From positions 736,001 to 800,000 of the forward strand of contig CAVTRN010000001.1 in the NCBI GenBank assembly GCA_963737155.1: 64,000 bases of DNA, read 5' to 3'. Below, in pieces: positions 62,130-64,000 of this stretch; position 1 is the first letter of the stretch, and each line of letters opens with the position of its first letter. The stretch comes from Nitrospirota bacterium (GTDB taxonomy: Bacteria; Nitrospirota; UBA9217). Under the pieces are notes generated by a model. That model saw nothing but the letters and a program-made list of their open reading frames with translations, was not told the DNA's origin and made no database searches. The translations under genes and the position numbers were made by a program.

Positions 62130-62171
62130 GGCCAAAAGTAGCGAGCGTCCGAAACTAAGTCAGGAGGGATT

Positions 62172-62756
62172 ATGGAAAATTCCGCCAAGCTCACCCAGCG
62201 CGTTTCAGCGCGTGACCATGCCGAAGGACCCACAGATGCTCCTTTGACATTAGTAGAGTACGGCGATTATCAATGCTCTTACTGTGGAGCTGCCTATCCC
62301 ATCATAAAGCGCTTGCAGAAAACGTTGGGGAAGAAGCTGCGATTTGTGTTTAGGAATTTCCCCGTGACCCAGGCGCACCCCTATGCTATGATCGCGGCCG
62401 AAACGGCGGAAGCCGCGGCACTTCAGGGTAAGTTTTGGGAGATGCACGATCTGCTTTATGAACAGCAAACCTTACTCGAGCCGGATATCATTCCCTCGTG
62501 GGCTAAAAGGATTGGGTTGGATATCGATAAATTCGGAAACGATATCAAACAAGGCGTTGTGAAAAAACGTATCAAGGAAGATCGCCAGAGCGGCATCCGC
62601 AGCGGCGTTAACGGTACGCCAACATTTTATGTCAACGGAACACGCTACGATGGCTTGTATGATTATGATTCGCTCCTGGTTATATTATGCACCCAGCGAG
62701 AAAAGGAAAATTTGCTGCCTCTCAAAGACATCTATCTTCATGATCCATCGTATTAA
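62172..62756 (+). CDS. DsbA-family thioredoxin-fold protein
   Basis: VEYGDYQCSYC, FRNFP...HP and GVNGTPTF motifs; AGGAGG RBS. Confidence 0.9.
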   Translation: MENSAKLTQRVSARDHAEGPTDAPLTLVEYGDYQCSYCGAAYPIIKRLQKTLGKKLRFVFRNFPVTQAHPYAMIAAETAEAAALQGKFWEMHDLLYEQQTLLEPDIIPSWAKRIGLDIDKFGNDIKQGVVKKRIKEDRQSGIRSGVNGTPTFYVNGTRYDGLYDYDSLLVILCTQREKENLLPLKDIYLHDPSY

Positions 62757-62805
62757 TGATGCATCTTTTTGTTCATGGGTGTCCATAGGCAGCCAATCTC
62801 CTTTC

Positions 62806-63192
62806 TCACTTGATGTTGAATCTGTAGTTGCCCGCGGTACGGTGTCCGTCCCTTGCTACAACGCTCCAGTAGACTATGTATTCACCGGGAGGCAATGCAG
62901 GCACGCTGACCTCGAGAGGTGTTGAGTCTGACGAATCCACGTGCCCGTCTCCTTTGTCCACCCTCCGGTTGTCTTTCGCAGCATAGACCATGATCGAGGA
63001 AAAGAGAGGCTCCAACTCACTATCGAACCAGATGCGGACAATTGCGGGAGGCATCGAGATTGTGGAGCCTACTTTCGGATCGGCGTGGTCAGGATATGCA
63101 TGTCCCTGGGCCGCAACTGGCATCAGGAAGAGAAGTAAAAGGAAGATGATTTGTGCCTCCATTATATTGAGAATATGTAGCCGGATTCTCAC
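62806..63192 (-). CDS. CopC-family periplasmic copper-binding protein
   Basis: Signal peptide followed by mature N-terminal HAYP; G.Y.V.WSVVARDGH motif. Confidence 0.88.
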   Translation of the reverse strand: MRIRLHILNIMEAQIIFLLLLFLMPVAAQGHAYPDHADPKVGSTISMPPAIVRIWFDSELEPLFSSIMVYAAKDNRRVDKGDGHVDSSDSTPLEVSVPALPPGEYIVYWSVVARDGHRTAGNYRFNIK

Positions 63193-64000
63193 GGGAAAAT
63201 CGGTTTCCCTATGCTCTTCGGGAAAAGGTCGTCGATAAATAGGTGAAACAAGGCGTAGACGCCGGTGCCCGCTCCCGAGCGCGGGTTCATGGGAATTTCT
63301 GCGGCAGGGCCAAGCTCCGTATATTTCCCAATCCAGGTGATCCCCGAGTTTACGCTCCCGGATGTCTGATCCTTACAATCTGTGTTCAGACAGGTATCCA
63401 TGGGGAATTCGACAACAGCGACCATGCGGTTGAAAGGCTGACCGAGACCTATATCCTTGACAACGGACTGGAGATACATCAGGCTATACTGTACGGAGAA
63501 CGCCCACGTCAATGAAGTGGGGTTGTTTGTTACCGCACCTGTGTCATCCGTAGTCGTTTTGCTCGTCGGAACACTCAGGCCGATGACGCCGGTGACGGCG
63601 AGGGGTCTTAAAAAGCTTGATGAGTCAAACAGGTCGCCAAAACCTTTCCCAAAATAGAAATCCGGCGAAATGGTAGAGAACGGTTCGGATACGCTAGGAT
63701 TGCCCGTGTTCCCGATCTCATCTGACACGCCGACAGAATCGTTTCATGCTCGGCACTCGTGTAAAACTGGTACTTCAAATTCACATCCAGATTCACGAAA
63801 CCGCTTAAGGTCCCATCGCTCTCGGTGGAGGTGCTGGTACTGTTCATCGACTTCTACTCCGAAGTTGGGCAAGATGCGTTTGGAGTATCCGACATCAAGT
63901 GACGAAGTCTGAATCCGAGGCCCGCCTGCTTCATCTTTATCGAATTATACAGCACGGAAAACTCGTCAGAAATGAACGGATCGTCCACAGCGAACGTTGT
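63189..64000 (-). pseudogene. CopC-associated exported/outer-membrane protein, multiply frameshifted and running off the window edge
   Basis: Consecutive segments lie in different frames: TTFAVDDPFISDEF / SLDVGYSKRILPNFG / GFVNLDVNLKYQF / GNTG...FYFGKGFGDL...HLFIDDLFP. Confidence 0.6.

Overview
Chromosomal replication-origin region of a bacterium. The gene content suggests an anaerobic or microaerophilic Nitrospirota- or deltaproteobacteria-like organism, which is inference only. The left part carries mnmE-mnmG-rsmG, a Clp1-like kinase, hcp, parAB, a bactofilin and purL, with two complete ISL3 elements (8-bp target duplications; one splits a class V aminotransferase gene) and two perfect parS sites. 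The middle carries yidC-yidD-rnpA-rpmH, a DnaA-box/DnaA-trio unwinding element about 2.3 kb upstream of dnaA, dnaA-dnaN-gyrB-gyrA, serS with all four tRNA-Ser isoacceptors, tRNA-Arg/tadA, SRP RNA, dnaX-ybaB-recR, a four-subunit pyruvate:ferredoxin oxidoreductase and mglBA. The right part is an 8-kb integrase-less island bounded by a 69-bp direct repeat of the tRNA-Asn 3' end plus terminator. It holds a TOTE-type primase-helicase-PLD gene with its helicase core deleted, a dead toxin-antitoxin pair, an inverted antitoxin duplicate, and two intact ATPase genes (AAA_14-DUF4143 and SWIM-SNF2). Further decayed accessory genes follow. Best leads: the island's intact ATPases, the split oriC, a hairpin-dense non-coding block at 24.5-25.2 kb, and the Clp1-like kinase. 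All family calls come from motif recognition by eye; no searches were run.
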